DNA from: Longimicrobiales bacterium
GTDB taxonomy: Bacteria > Gemmatimonadota > Gemmatimonadetes > Longimicrobiales > Gaopeijiaceae
Assembly: GCA_965116905.1 (NCBI GenBank)
Contig: OZ220732.1
Coordinates: 1,920,001 to 1,984,000 of the forward strand
Direction: 5' to 3'
DNA: 64,000 bases
Shown: piece by piece, positions 53,289-61,663 of the stretch
Numbering within the stretch: the stretch's first letter is position 1
Layout: the number at the start of each line of letters is the position of its first letter
Notes under the pieces: generated by a model
What the model was told of the DNA's origin: nothing
Database searches by the model: none
Seen by the model: only the letters and a program-made list of their open reading frames with translations
Position numbers and translations under genes: made by a program

Positions 53289-55898
53289 TCATGGACCTTT
53301 CGGCGTCAGCCTCAACACGGTAGTCACGCGGCCCGGCTCGCCGGCAAGACCGACACGGATGGCGCCGTCCGAGCGGCTCGACACGGTGGCGTTGGCATCG
53401 CTCGCGGCGGCGTCGACCGGCGTGCCGAAGAGACGGACATCGTAGTCGCGGCCCGCCGTACCCTCGACGGTCAGCAGCCATCCGCCGCCGTCGGCCGCCA
53501 GGTCGATGATCCGCAGCCCCGTACTCCGCTGGCCCGGCCGCAGGTCGATGCGGGGGGGTGCGACGGCGAGACCGCCCTGCCAGGTGGCGGTAAACTCCCC
53601 GTCGGCGGATTCGACCACCGCCTCGTGGGTTGCGCCCACCGGCACATCCGGCACGAAGTCGATGTCCACCTGCGGCCCGGCGGTGCGCACGACCGCCCGC
53701 TGCTCCCCGCCGGTGCCGGTCCAGCGCCGCGTGATGTCCACGTCCACGGTCGTTTCACCCACCCGCAGTCCCCGCACCGACGCCCCGTCCCAGTCCGCCG
53801 GCAGCTGCGGCGCCAGCCGTGCCCGCCCGTTCGGCGCGTCGGGCTCCCACCCGAAGACGCCGCGGAGCAACGGCGTGACAAGCATCGAAGTCGCGAAGAA
53901 CTGGTGCGGGACCGTCTGGTCGAGGGGCTGGTAGAAGGTGCCCGAGAAGAGCTCGCCGTGGCGACCGAGGCTCCAGTCGAAGGTCATCTGCTTGACCGCG
54001 TCCATCAGGTGAAACCCCGCCCACGGCCGCCGGTAGCGGTACTGCGCCCACGACGCAAACCCCGTCACGAAGGGCCACACCGTGCCCATGTTGTACTGGA
54101 GCGGGTCGTAGAGCTCGCTTTCTGTCGAGAGCATGTGCGCGCCCCAGTCCGACGACACGCGGTCGCCGGCCATCAGCGTCAGGGTCGACCGGGCCCGCCC
54201 GTCCTCCAGCAGGCCGAAGGCGGCGGCGGTGGCCGGCCACACGGTCAGGTTGTCGTTGGTGCCGCCGCCGGCAAGGATCCCGAACGCGTGATGGCCCACA
54301 TCGGGGCGCCAGTACGCATCGTTCAGCGTCGCGCGCGCGGTCGGGGCGATCCGCGCGGCCTCCGCCGACAGCGCCCCCTCGCCCAGATGCTCCGCCATCG
54401 CCAGCGTGCCCTCCAGCGCGGCCACCCACACGCCCGCCAGGTAGATGTCCTGGTGCAGCGCCTCGCCCAGGCCGCCGACCTCGACCGCGCCCAGCCCGCC
54501 CACCGTGTTCTCGATGATGCCGTCGCCGTCCGTCTCGGCGCTCAGACACCACGCCCACGCGCGCCTGTACGCCGGCCACAGCTCGCGCAGCAGATCGTCG
54601 TCGCCGCTGGCGAGCCAGTACTGGTAGACCGCAAACATCCAGTGAGGGGTCGTGTCGGCGTGGTAGTAGGCGTAGGGGTAGGTGTCGAACCAGTCGATGT
54701 GGGCCGCCGCCTGCGAGATCTCGTGGGTGATCTTGCCGTCGCCGCGCTGGTATTTCGCGAGGAACGCGAGCTCCTCGGCCACCAGGTCCCACTGTCCCAG
54801 CGCGTCCATCGCGTAGGTGTTCATCATCGCGTCGCCGCCGAAGAACCAGCCGAAGCCCGGCCGCCCGCCGTCGCCCGACAGTCCCCAGCCGGCCACGAAC
54901 CCGCACCCCAGGTCCGGGTTGCAGACGCGCTGCTCCTCCAGGTTGATCTTGGCCCACTCCAGCGCCAGGTCGAGTGACGGGTCGGGCGTCTCGACCGAGG
55001 CCGTCGTCGCCAGCACCGAGTCGGCCCAGGCACGGGTGTCCCGATAGAGCATCTCGGCGCCCGCAATCAGCCGCCCGTACCGCGCGAACACCGTATCGCG
55101 CGGCACCGTCCCCGCCGCCACCACGATCGGAATGAACTCCGTCCGCGCGCGCTCCGGATCGACCGGAATGACCATGGTGCGCGGCGCCTCGCCCAGCTGA
55201 TGCGCCGGATGCTCGACCGAATTCGTCGCCCACGGCGAGCCCACCACGGCGTTGCGCGTCTGCAGACTCTCGGAGAGCACGAAGACGCGCCGCTCCCCGT
55301 CCCAGTACGCGTACTGCCCGCCCAGCGACCCCGGCCACATGTAGTTGAGCACCGGGTGGAACTCGGCGACGATCTCCATGGGCTCCGGGCTGTCGACCTC
55401 GAGCAACACGAGAATCCCGGACGCCGCCGTGTCCCGGGGCGCGAGAATATGCTGCCGCACCTGAAACGTCGCGTGGCTGTACGTGATCGTCGTCAGTTCG
55501 GGCCGCACGTGCACCGTGCGCGCCACCTGCTCGCCGGCAATCGGGGCGCCGTAACCGGACGTCGAAAAGGCGAGGCGGAAGCCGCGGCCCACCTTGAGCG
55601 GATGCACCCACAGCTCGGCTTCGCCGGTCTCCAGCCCGAGCCACGCCGCGCGCGGTCCGGTCACGCCGAGGTACTCGCCGGGGCGCACGGGGCCGGTCAG
55701 CTCGATGGGCGACGGCGGGATCGCGAAGCGGGGCACCGAGAGCGCGGCGAGGTTGCCGGGCGAGGGGTCGGGGAGGCGCTGGGCCGCGGTAGGGGTGGGG
55801 AGGGGGATGAGAAGTGCGAAGATGGCCGCCGCGACGAGGATCCGGGCCAGTGCCGGGGTGGGGCGGGCGGCGGGGCGGGGGGAGGGTGGGAGTTTCAT
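53289..55898 (-). CDS. secreted amylo-alpha-1,6-glucosidase/GDE-like (alpha/alpha)6 glycoside hydrolase
   Basis: signal peptide; GFGWFFGGD, GKITHEISQ, YYHADTT, YNMGTVWPF. Confidence 0.78.
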   Translation of the reverse strand: MKLPPSPRPAARPTPALARILVAAAIFALLIPLPTPTAAQRLPDPSPGNLAALSVPRFAIPPSPIELTGPVRPGEYLGVTGPRAAWLGLETGEAELWVHPLKVGRGFRLAFSTSGYGAPIAGEQVARTVHVRPELTTITYSHATFQVRQHILAPRDTAASGILVLLEVDSPEPMEIVAEFHPVLNYMWPGSLGGQYAYWDGERRVFVLSESLQTRNAVVGSPWATNSVEHPAHQLGEAPRTMVIPVDPERARTEFIPIVVAAGTVPRDTVFARYGRLIAGAEMLYRDTRAWADSVLATTASVETPDPSLDLALEWAKINLEEQRVCNPDLGCGFVAGWGLSGDGGRPGFGWFFGGDAMMNTYAMDALGQWDLVAEELAFLAKYQRGDGKITHEISQAAAHIDWFDTYPYAYYHADTTPHWMFAVYQYWLASGDDDLLRELWPAYRRAWAWCLSAETDGDGIIENTVGGLGAVEVGGLGEALHQDIYLAGVWVAALEGTLAMAEHLGEGALSAEAARIAPTARATLNDAYWRPDVGHHAFGILAGGGTNDNLTVWPATAAAFGLLEDGRARSTLTLMAGDRVSSDWGAHMLSTESELYDPLQYNMGTVWPFVTGFASWAQYRYRRPWAGFHLMDAVKQMTFDWSLGRHGELFSGTFYQPLDQTVPHQFFATSMLVTPLLRGVFGWEPDAPNGRARLAPQLPADWDGASVRGLRVGETTVDVDITRRWTGTGGEQRAVVRTAGPQVDIDFVPDVPVGATHEAVVESADGEFTATWQGGLAVAPPRIDLRPGQRSTGLRIIDLAADGGGWLLTVEGTAGRDYDVRLFGTPVDAAASDANATVSSRSDGAIRVGLAGEPGRVTTVLRLTPKGP

Positions 55899-55999
55899 CC
55901 GGTGGTGGCCTCGCTCCGCCAGGGGGTGTCGGTCCGGTGCGGAGTGTGCCTGAACGATGAAATGTCGGATATCAGAAGGCAAGCGAACGCCGCCTGGAC

Positions 56000-57217
56000 C
56001 TACCGGCGCAAACGCAGCACCCGCGGATGCTGCACGTCCAGTTCGCTGGTCCAGACGCCGAGGATCTCGTCCACACCGACCTGCGTGACCCTGAAGCCCG
56101 CGGGGATCTCCACGCTTCCCAGCCACGCGCCGGCGGGCTCGAGCACCAGCCATTGCTCCGGTCCGCCGCGTTCGCTCTGTCCCAGAAACGGCCGGAGCCA
56201 GACCGCGCCGGTCGGGTCCGCCAGCATGTCGGCGTAGGCGGGCCGGGTCTCCGGCGACGGCATGTCTTCGATCGCCTGGACGAAGAAAGGCGGAAGAGAC
56301 GTGACCCCCGCCGGCAACGGGATGTCGAGACGGGCCTGCCGCTCTTCCTGAACCTGGGCTGGAGTCAGGGTCAGCGGATAGTCGGGGATGCGGAGTATCC
56401 GGACGGTCCCGCCGCTCGCACGGATCTCCTCGACCTGCATGTGGTCCGATGAGCCCATCAGGATTCGTCCGCCGTGCGTCGCGAGCACCGATTCCCTTCC
56501 GAAGAGGGGAGGCCCGCTCAGCATCTCGGCCACGTACATCTCGGAACCCGGCGTCTGTCCGATGCTGTCCCGCCGAGCCCCCTGCAGGTCGTAGGCCAGA
56601 AGGACCTCCGGCGGCCGGATCACCCCGTACACCTCGGGATAGCCCGTCACGGCCTGCACGATCAACGTGCCGTCGCCCAGGTGATGAACGTCGGTGACAT
56701 CGTCGTCGAACTGCATCGTGCGGATGTGTTGCAGATCGGGACCGAAGAGGGTGACCCGGGACCGGATATCCCGCGCGAGCAGCGAATCGCCGACGAGTTC
56801 CACCTGTTGCAGATTCGTGAACTCTCCCGGCCCTTCGCCGTGCCCGCCCGCGGCACCGACAAAGCCGCCGTCGGCCGAGAACGTCCGGATCTCGTTCGAC
56901 CCCCGGTTCACCACCACGATGCCCCCGTCCGGCAGCCGCTTGACGTCCCACACCTGGTAGAAGTTGTACGGATCACCCGTGCCGGACTCCGCCAGGTCGA
57001 GCACAGGCTCCGGGTCGACGCGCCAGTGCGCCGAATCGCCCCAGGCGGGCCCAAAGGACTCGACGATCGTGATGCCCGCGCTGTCGCGCTGCACCGCCAG
57101 CGGGGGACCGTCGCCGCCGGGGGTACAGGCGGCAAGCAAGCTCGCGAGCAGCATGCATGCCCCGGAAACCGCCGGCCGGGCGAAGCGTGGAATGCGTGTG
57201 CCAAGTAGGAAGATCAT
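56000..57217 (-). CDS. 6-bladed beta-propeller lipoprotein
   Basis: lipobox LAAC, RDSAGITIVES, GEGPGEF, paralog of adjacent gene. Confidence 0.78.
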   Translation of the reverse strand: MIFLLGTRIPRFARPAVSGACMLLASLLAACTPGGDGPPLAVQRDSAGITIVESFGPAWGDSAHWRVDPEPVLDLAESGTGDPYNFYQVWDVKRLPDGGIVVVNRGSNEIRTFSADGGFVGAAGGHGEGPGEFTNLQQVELVGDSLLARDIRSRVTLFGPDLQHIRTMQFDDDVTDVHHLGDGTLIVQAVTGYPEVYGVIRPPEVLLAYDLQGARRDSIGQTPGSEMYVAEMLSGPPLFGRESVLATHGGRILMGSSDHMQVEEIRASGGTVRILRIPDYPLTLTPAQVQEERQARLDIPLPAGVTSLPPFFVQAIEDMPSPETRPAYADMLADPTGAVWLRPFLGQSERGGPEQWLVLEPAGAWLGSVEIPAGFRVTQVGVDEILGVWTSELDVQHPRVLRLRR

Positions 57218-58449
57218 TCGCTGTTCCTTTGCAAGCGCAGCACCTGCGGGTGCTGCACGTCCAGTTCATCGTGCCATACGCCCAGCACCTCGTCGATGCC
57301 GATGTCCCACACGTGGAAGTCCTCGGGCACCTCCACCCTGCCGAGCCACCGGCCGGCGGGGTCCAGCACCAGCCAGGACTCGGGTCCGCCGCCCTCGCTC
57401 ATCCCGCGGAAGGGCCGCAGCCAGATCGCGCCGGCCGGATCGACGACAATATCGGCGTAGGCGGGCCGGGTAGTGGGCAGCGGCATGTCCTCGAGCAGCT
57501 GCTGAAGCCGCGGGGGCATCGGCCGGCCCTGAAGCGTCGGGGCTTCCAGGCGGGCATCCCGTTCCGCGACGGCCTCCGCCTCGCTCACCGCCAGGTCGAA
57601 GCCCGCCAGGCGCAGGATCCTCACCGTGTCGCCGGACGCGGTCATCTCCTCCACCCGCATCCGGTCGGAAGACCCGGTGAAGATGCGGCTGCCGTGCGTG
57701 CCGACGACGGCCTTCTTCTGAAAAAGAGGCACGATGCGCATGTCGCCCACGACGTAGTCCTCGTAGCCCGGAGTCCAGCCGATGCTGTCGCCCCCGCTCC
57801 CGTCCAGCCGGTACGCGCGGAGGACCTCGGGGACCCGCGTCAGGCGGCCGAGCTCCGGGATCGGGGGCACGATGCGCGCGACGAGACGACCGCTGCCAAT
57901 GGCGTGCACGGCAAGGGTCCTGCGGGCCAGCCGCGTCTCACGGATCAGGACCGGACCGGGGCCGAAGACGCTGATCACACCGTCCCGGTCGACCACGAGG
58001 ATCGTGTCGCCCGCCACCTCCAGCTGCTGCGCGTTGGTGAATTCGCCGGGACCCTGCCCCTGCCCGGGTCCGCCGAACGAGCCGACGAAGCCGCCGTCGG
58101 CCGAAAACTGCCGGATCTCGTCGGAGCCGGCGTTCAGAACGACGAGGGATCGGTCCGGGAGCCGCGCCATGCCGCGGACCTGGTAGAAGCTGTGTGCGTC
58201 GCCGGTGCCGGATTCGGACAGGTCGAGGATCGGTTGCGGGTCGATGCGCCACGCGTTCGAGTTGGCCACCTCCGTCTGGGCGGGGTCCCCCCAGGCGGGC
58301 CGCAGCGACTCGACGATCGTGATGCCGGCGCTGTCGCGCTGGATCGATGACGGGGGACCGTCGCCGGAGGGGGCGCAGGCGTGAAGGAGCACGGCCGCGG
58401 TGGCTGACAGGAGGCGTTTGCTACTATTATAATAGCAAAATGCTATCAT
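57214..58449 (-). CDS. 6-bladed beta-propeller lipoprotein (paralog)
   Basis: lipobox-like LHAC, RDSAGITIVES, GQGPGEF; start uncertain. Confidence 0.75.
   Translation of the reverse strand: MIAFCYYNSSKRLLSATAAVLLHACAPSGDGPPSSIQRDSAGITIVESLRPAWGDPAQTEVANSNAWRIDPQPILDLSESGTGDAHSFYQVRGMARLPDRSLVVLNAGSDEIRQFSADGGFVGSFGGPGQGQGPGEFTNAQQLEVAGDTILVVDRDGVISVFGPGPVLIRETRLARRTLAVHAIGSGRLVARIVPPIPELGRLTRVPEVLRAYRLDGSGGDSIGWTPGYEDYVVGDMRIVPLFQKKAVVGTHGSRIFTGSSDRMRVEEMTASGDTVRILRLAGFDLAVSEAEAVAERDARLEAPTLQGRPMPPRLQQLLEDMPLPTTRPAYADIVVDPAGAIWLRPFRGMSEGGGPESWLVLDPAGRWLGRVEVPEDFHVWDIGIDEVLGVWHDELDVQHPQVLRLQRNSE
58418..58448 (+). promoter_or_regulatory. toxin-antitoxin promoter/operator (FitA-like RHH binding sites)
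   Basis: TATAAT at 58428-58433, inverted TTGCTA/TAGCAA and TGCTATCA half-site; AAGGAGG RBS follows. Confidence 0.6.
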
Positions 58450-58472
58450 TTCGGCCTTGAAGGAGGTGGGGA

Positions 58473-58763
58473 ATGGCGGACGTGGCCGTCCGGGGAATCC
58501 CGGACGAGTTGCACCTGGAACTTAAGGCGGCGGCGGAGAGAAATCACCGCAGCCTCAACGGAGAGATCGTGGCGAGGCTGGCGGCCTCGGTCCGCACGGC
58601 GCCGGTCGATGCCATCACGCTCCTGGAGCGCATTCAGCGGCGAAACCGTAGGCTGGGCCCGATCGAGCTGGATGACGCGGCCCTGCGCGGACTGCAGGAC
58701 GAGGGCCCTGGCGGCCCGGGTCGAGGGGACGCGCCCCACACCCGCTGGAAGGGCGGCGAATGA
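58473..58763 (+). CDS. Arc/FitA-like ribbon-helix-helix antitoxin
   Basis: VAVRGIPDELHLELKAAAERNHRSLNGEIVARL. Confidence 0.85.
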   Translation: MADVAVRGIPDELHLELKAAAERNHRSLNGEIVARLAASVRTAPVDAITLLERIQRRNRRLGPIELDDAALRGLQDEGPGGPGRGDAPHTRWKGGE

Positions 58764-59155
58764 TCGTCGTCGACACGAGCGTGATGGTGAGGCTGGTCGT
58801 GGGGGGGCGCGACGGAGCTGAGGCGGCCCGGCTCTTCCGGCAGGACCCCGAATGGGCCGCGGCCGCCTGCCTCATGAGCGGTATGCGCCACGTGCTGCTT
58901 GGGCTGGTGCGCCGGCGGTCGCTCACCGTGGACCAGGCGAAGGCCATGTGCGACGACGCGGCGTTGGCGCTCGGCGGGAGGATCGTGACCGTCCCGTCGG
59001 CGCGGGTGATCGATGCCGCGCTGCAGTGCGGGCTGTCGGCCGAGCAGGCCGAGTTCGTGGTGGTGGCGCGGGAACTGGGCGTGCCGTTGGCGACCGGCGA
59101 CCGGGCAGTTCTGAGGGCGGCGCGTGATGTGGCGGTCTGGGTGGGGACGGGGTGA
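58760..59155 (+). CDS. PIN-domain VapC/FitB-like toxin (degenerate active site)
   Basis: MIVVDTSV, DPEWAA, LGVPLATGDR; ATGA overlap with antitoxin. Confidence 0.85.
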   Translation: MIVVDTSVMVRLVVGGRDGAEAARLFRQDPEWAAAACLMSGMRHVLLGLVRRRSLTVDQAKAMCDDAALALGGRIVTVPSARVIDAALQCGLSAEQAEFVVVARELGVPLATGDRAVLRAARDVAVWVGTG

Positions 59156-59156
59156 C

Positions 59157-59214
59157 GGATTGCAAATCATGGATTGTAAACGTTGCAATTCTATGATCAC
59201 AACCGTTGCAAACA
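59157..59214. repeat. AT-rich array of TTG(C/T)AA boxes, probable operator
   Basis: GGATTGCAAA, GGATTGTAAA, CGTTGCAATT, CGTTGCAAAC within about 60 bp. Confidence 0.55.
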
Positions 59215-59223
59215 TGGGAATGA

Positions 59224-60396
59224 ACGACGGCGAGACAGATTGCGGCCAGCGCGGTCATGTTGGACGCTCATCCGTCCGCTCGCCGCGCGGCTGCCGTTGA
59301 TCCGGGGTTTCTGCTCCAGGGAGACACGCCTCGCCTGATTGACGAATGGCAGGTCGTCCCCGAAATCTGGAACCATGTGCGCCATGCCGTGGACGATCGT
59401 TTGGGCCGTGGCCACTTTATCCTGACCGGATCCGCCGTCCCCCCGGACGACATCACCCGGCATACCGGAGCAGGACGCATCGGCCGGCTGCGGCTGCGTC
59501 CCATGTCGCTTTTCGAACTGCAGCATTCGACCGGCCAGATCTCGCTCGAACGGCTGTTGGCCGGTGACCCGGCGCCAACCTCGTCGACCGAGTTGACCGT
59601 ACCGGAGCTGGCGGAACTCGTGTGCATCGGCGGCTGGCCCGGACACCTGGGTTCGTCGGAATCCGATCCCCCGCTCTCAGCCACCGACGCGATGGAGGAA
59701 AACCGTGATTACCTCGGCGAGGTCTGCCGTGCCGACATCCGCCGGGTGGACGGGTCGGGGAGGGATCCGGCAAGGGTCGGGCGCTTCCTGCAATCACTGG
59801 GCCGCAACGTCGCCACATGCGCAAGCATGGCCACACTGGCCCGGGACGCCGGCGGACCGGATCATCATCTCGACGCGTACACGGCCAGTTCATACATGAC
59901 CGCGCTGGAGCGGCTCATGATCGTGGAGAACCAGCCGCCCTGGGCGCCGCACCTCCGGTCCCGGTCGCGGCTCCGCACCTCCGCAAAGCGTCACTTCGTC
60001 GACCCCTCTCTTGCCGTCGCGGCACTGAGTGCGGGCACGGATCACGTACTGAACGACTTCGAGTGGTTCGGCTTCCTGTTCGAGTCGATGGTGATTCGGG
60101 ACCTCCGCGTCTACGCGCAGGCCATCGGGGCGACCGTGCACCACTACCGCGACAACACGGGGCTGGAGGTGGACGCCGTGGTGGACGCCGGGCCAGGGCG
60201 GTGGGCGGCGTTCGAGATCAAGCTCGGTGCGAGCCGGGTGGACGAAGGCGCAAGGACGCTGCTGAAGTTTGCCGATCGGGTCGATACGGAGCGGTGCGGG
60301 GAACCCGCGGCCCTGGGCGTCATCGTGGGAAGCGGCTATGGGTACGCGAGGCCGGATGGTGTCGGTGTCATTCCCGTAGGAGCGCTGGGGGTGTAG
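59224..60396 (+). pseudogene. 5'-truncated AAA_14/DUF4143 ATP-binding protein
   Basis: Walker B LIDEWQ, LTGS, GGWP, KRHFVDPSLA, EVDAVV, FEIKLG present; frame begins TTARQIAAS right after an in-frame TGA (59221), so Walker A is absent. Confidence 0.7.
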
Positions 60397-60439
60397 ACTC
60401 GGCTGCCATGAACCGTTCGCACGTAGCGAGCGAACCCTG

Positions 60440-61576
60440 CTACACGGTCCGCCTTGAACCCGCCTCCGGGTAGAACTGCCGGCAGTACAGGCGGTATTTC
60501 CCGATGGGCCCGTCGGCGCGGCACAGCCGGGGAGGAGACCGGAACCGCTTCCGCTCCCAGATGACCACGTCCTGCATCACATAGCGCTTCTCCTCCTTGA
60601 GCAGGATGTGGCTCATCACCTTGTGACGCAGCCTCATGGGCAGAAACCCCAGACCCGCGATGAACCGCTTTGGCCGGCGGATTTCGCGCGCCTGCGTGAC
60701 CAGCGTCAGCTCGATGAACTCGCCGTCGACGGGTGTAGCGAGCACCCACAGCCTCGCGTCCATGCCGATCGACCTTTCGTGGACTTCGACGTAGGAATAC
60801 CCCAGGCCATGCACGTGGGTGACGGCTGATACGTCGGACCCGAAGTCGATCAGGCCGGCCACCCTGCGCACGCTCTTGAAGTCGAAGGTGCTCTTCAGGT
60901 ACGCGCCGTCGATCGACAGCGGACCGGTCGGCTCCACGTTCTCGTAGCCGTGCGTGTACTCCAGGTGCTCCACGTCCACGGAGTTCTCGGTCGTCTCCTG
61001 GGGATGCCCGCGGAACCGCAGGGCGACCGATCGCAACGGACTCCACTCGGCGCCGGCGGGAGGTTCATCCGGCAGGTGCCACTGCGCCGCCCGCCCGCCG
61101 AGTCCCCACCAGGCGAAGATCATGCCGAGGATCTCGGTGGTCTCGTACACCTTCAGGTTGGCGGCCTTGGGGGCCGGGGCGTTCGGAGTCGCTACACACC
61201 GGCCGCTCGTGTTGAAGGTGAATCCGTGAAAGGGGCAGACCAGGCAGCCGTCGCGAACGAGCCCCCCCACCGTCGGCCCCATGTGTGAGCCCAGGTGCGG
61301 ACAGAAGGCATCGGCTACGCAGACGCGGCCGTCCTCGTCGGCCCAGACGACAATCTCCTCCCCGAGCCAGGTCTTCTCGATCAGCCCTTGCCGCTCGATG
61401 GATTCGCGTGTCGCGACCAGGTACCAGCCCTCCGGGAAGGGTGGCAGCCGGTCCGTTGGCGTCCGCGAAGGCCTCCGGTCCCGGCCGGTATTCCCGCCAG
61501 TCTCACGCCCGGTCTCACGTCCGGCCTCATGTCCGGCCCGTGCCGGAGGTGCGGCCAACGAAGTCGTTGAAGGCAT
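60440..61576 (-). CDS. Rieske non-heme iron oxygenase, Neverland/DAF-36 (cholesterol 7-desaturase)/KshA-like
   Basis: PPFPEGWY, CPHLG...CPFHG, ENSVDVEHLEYTH, QDVVIWERK...DGPIGKYRLYCRQFY; AAAGGA RBS before ATG 61576. Confidence 0.82.
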   Translation of the reverse strand: MPSTTSLAAPPARAGHEAGRETGRETGGNTGRDRRPSRTPTDRLPPFPEGWYLVATRESIERQGLIEKTWLGEEIVVWADEDGRVCVADAFCPHLGSHMGPTVGGLVRDGCLVCPFHGFTFNTSGRCVATPNAPAPKAANLKVYETTEILGMIFAWWGLGGRAAQWHLPDEPPAGAEWSPLRSVALRFRGHPQETTENSVDVEHLEYTHGYENVEPTGPLSIDGAYLKSTFDFKSVRRVAGLIDFGSDVSAVTHVHGLGYSYVEVHERSIGMDARLWVLATPVDGEFIELTLVTQAREIRRPKRFIAGLGFLPMRLRHKVMSHILLKEEKRYVMQDVVIWERKRFRSPPRLCRADGPIGKYRLYCRQFYPEAGSRRTV

Positions 61577-61663
61577 GCGAGAGGTCCTTTCCGCTCGGTG
61601 TACCCGAGAAGCGTTTGGATGCGACAATATCAGCCAAAAACTGTCCGAAACTGTCGCATGCCG

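Noticed and set aside
55899..56951. Apparent 351-aa N-terminal extension of the 1220-aa glycoside hydrolase ORF
   Set aside because: It overlaps the beta-propeller gene in another frame and is low-complexity; a signal peptide begins at ATG 55898.
61481..61540. Imperfect 12-bp repeats at the 5' end of the Rieske gene (GHEA-GRET-GRET-GGNT)
   Set aside because: Short degenerate coding minisatellite in a disordered leader; no spacers, not a CRISPR array.
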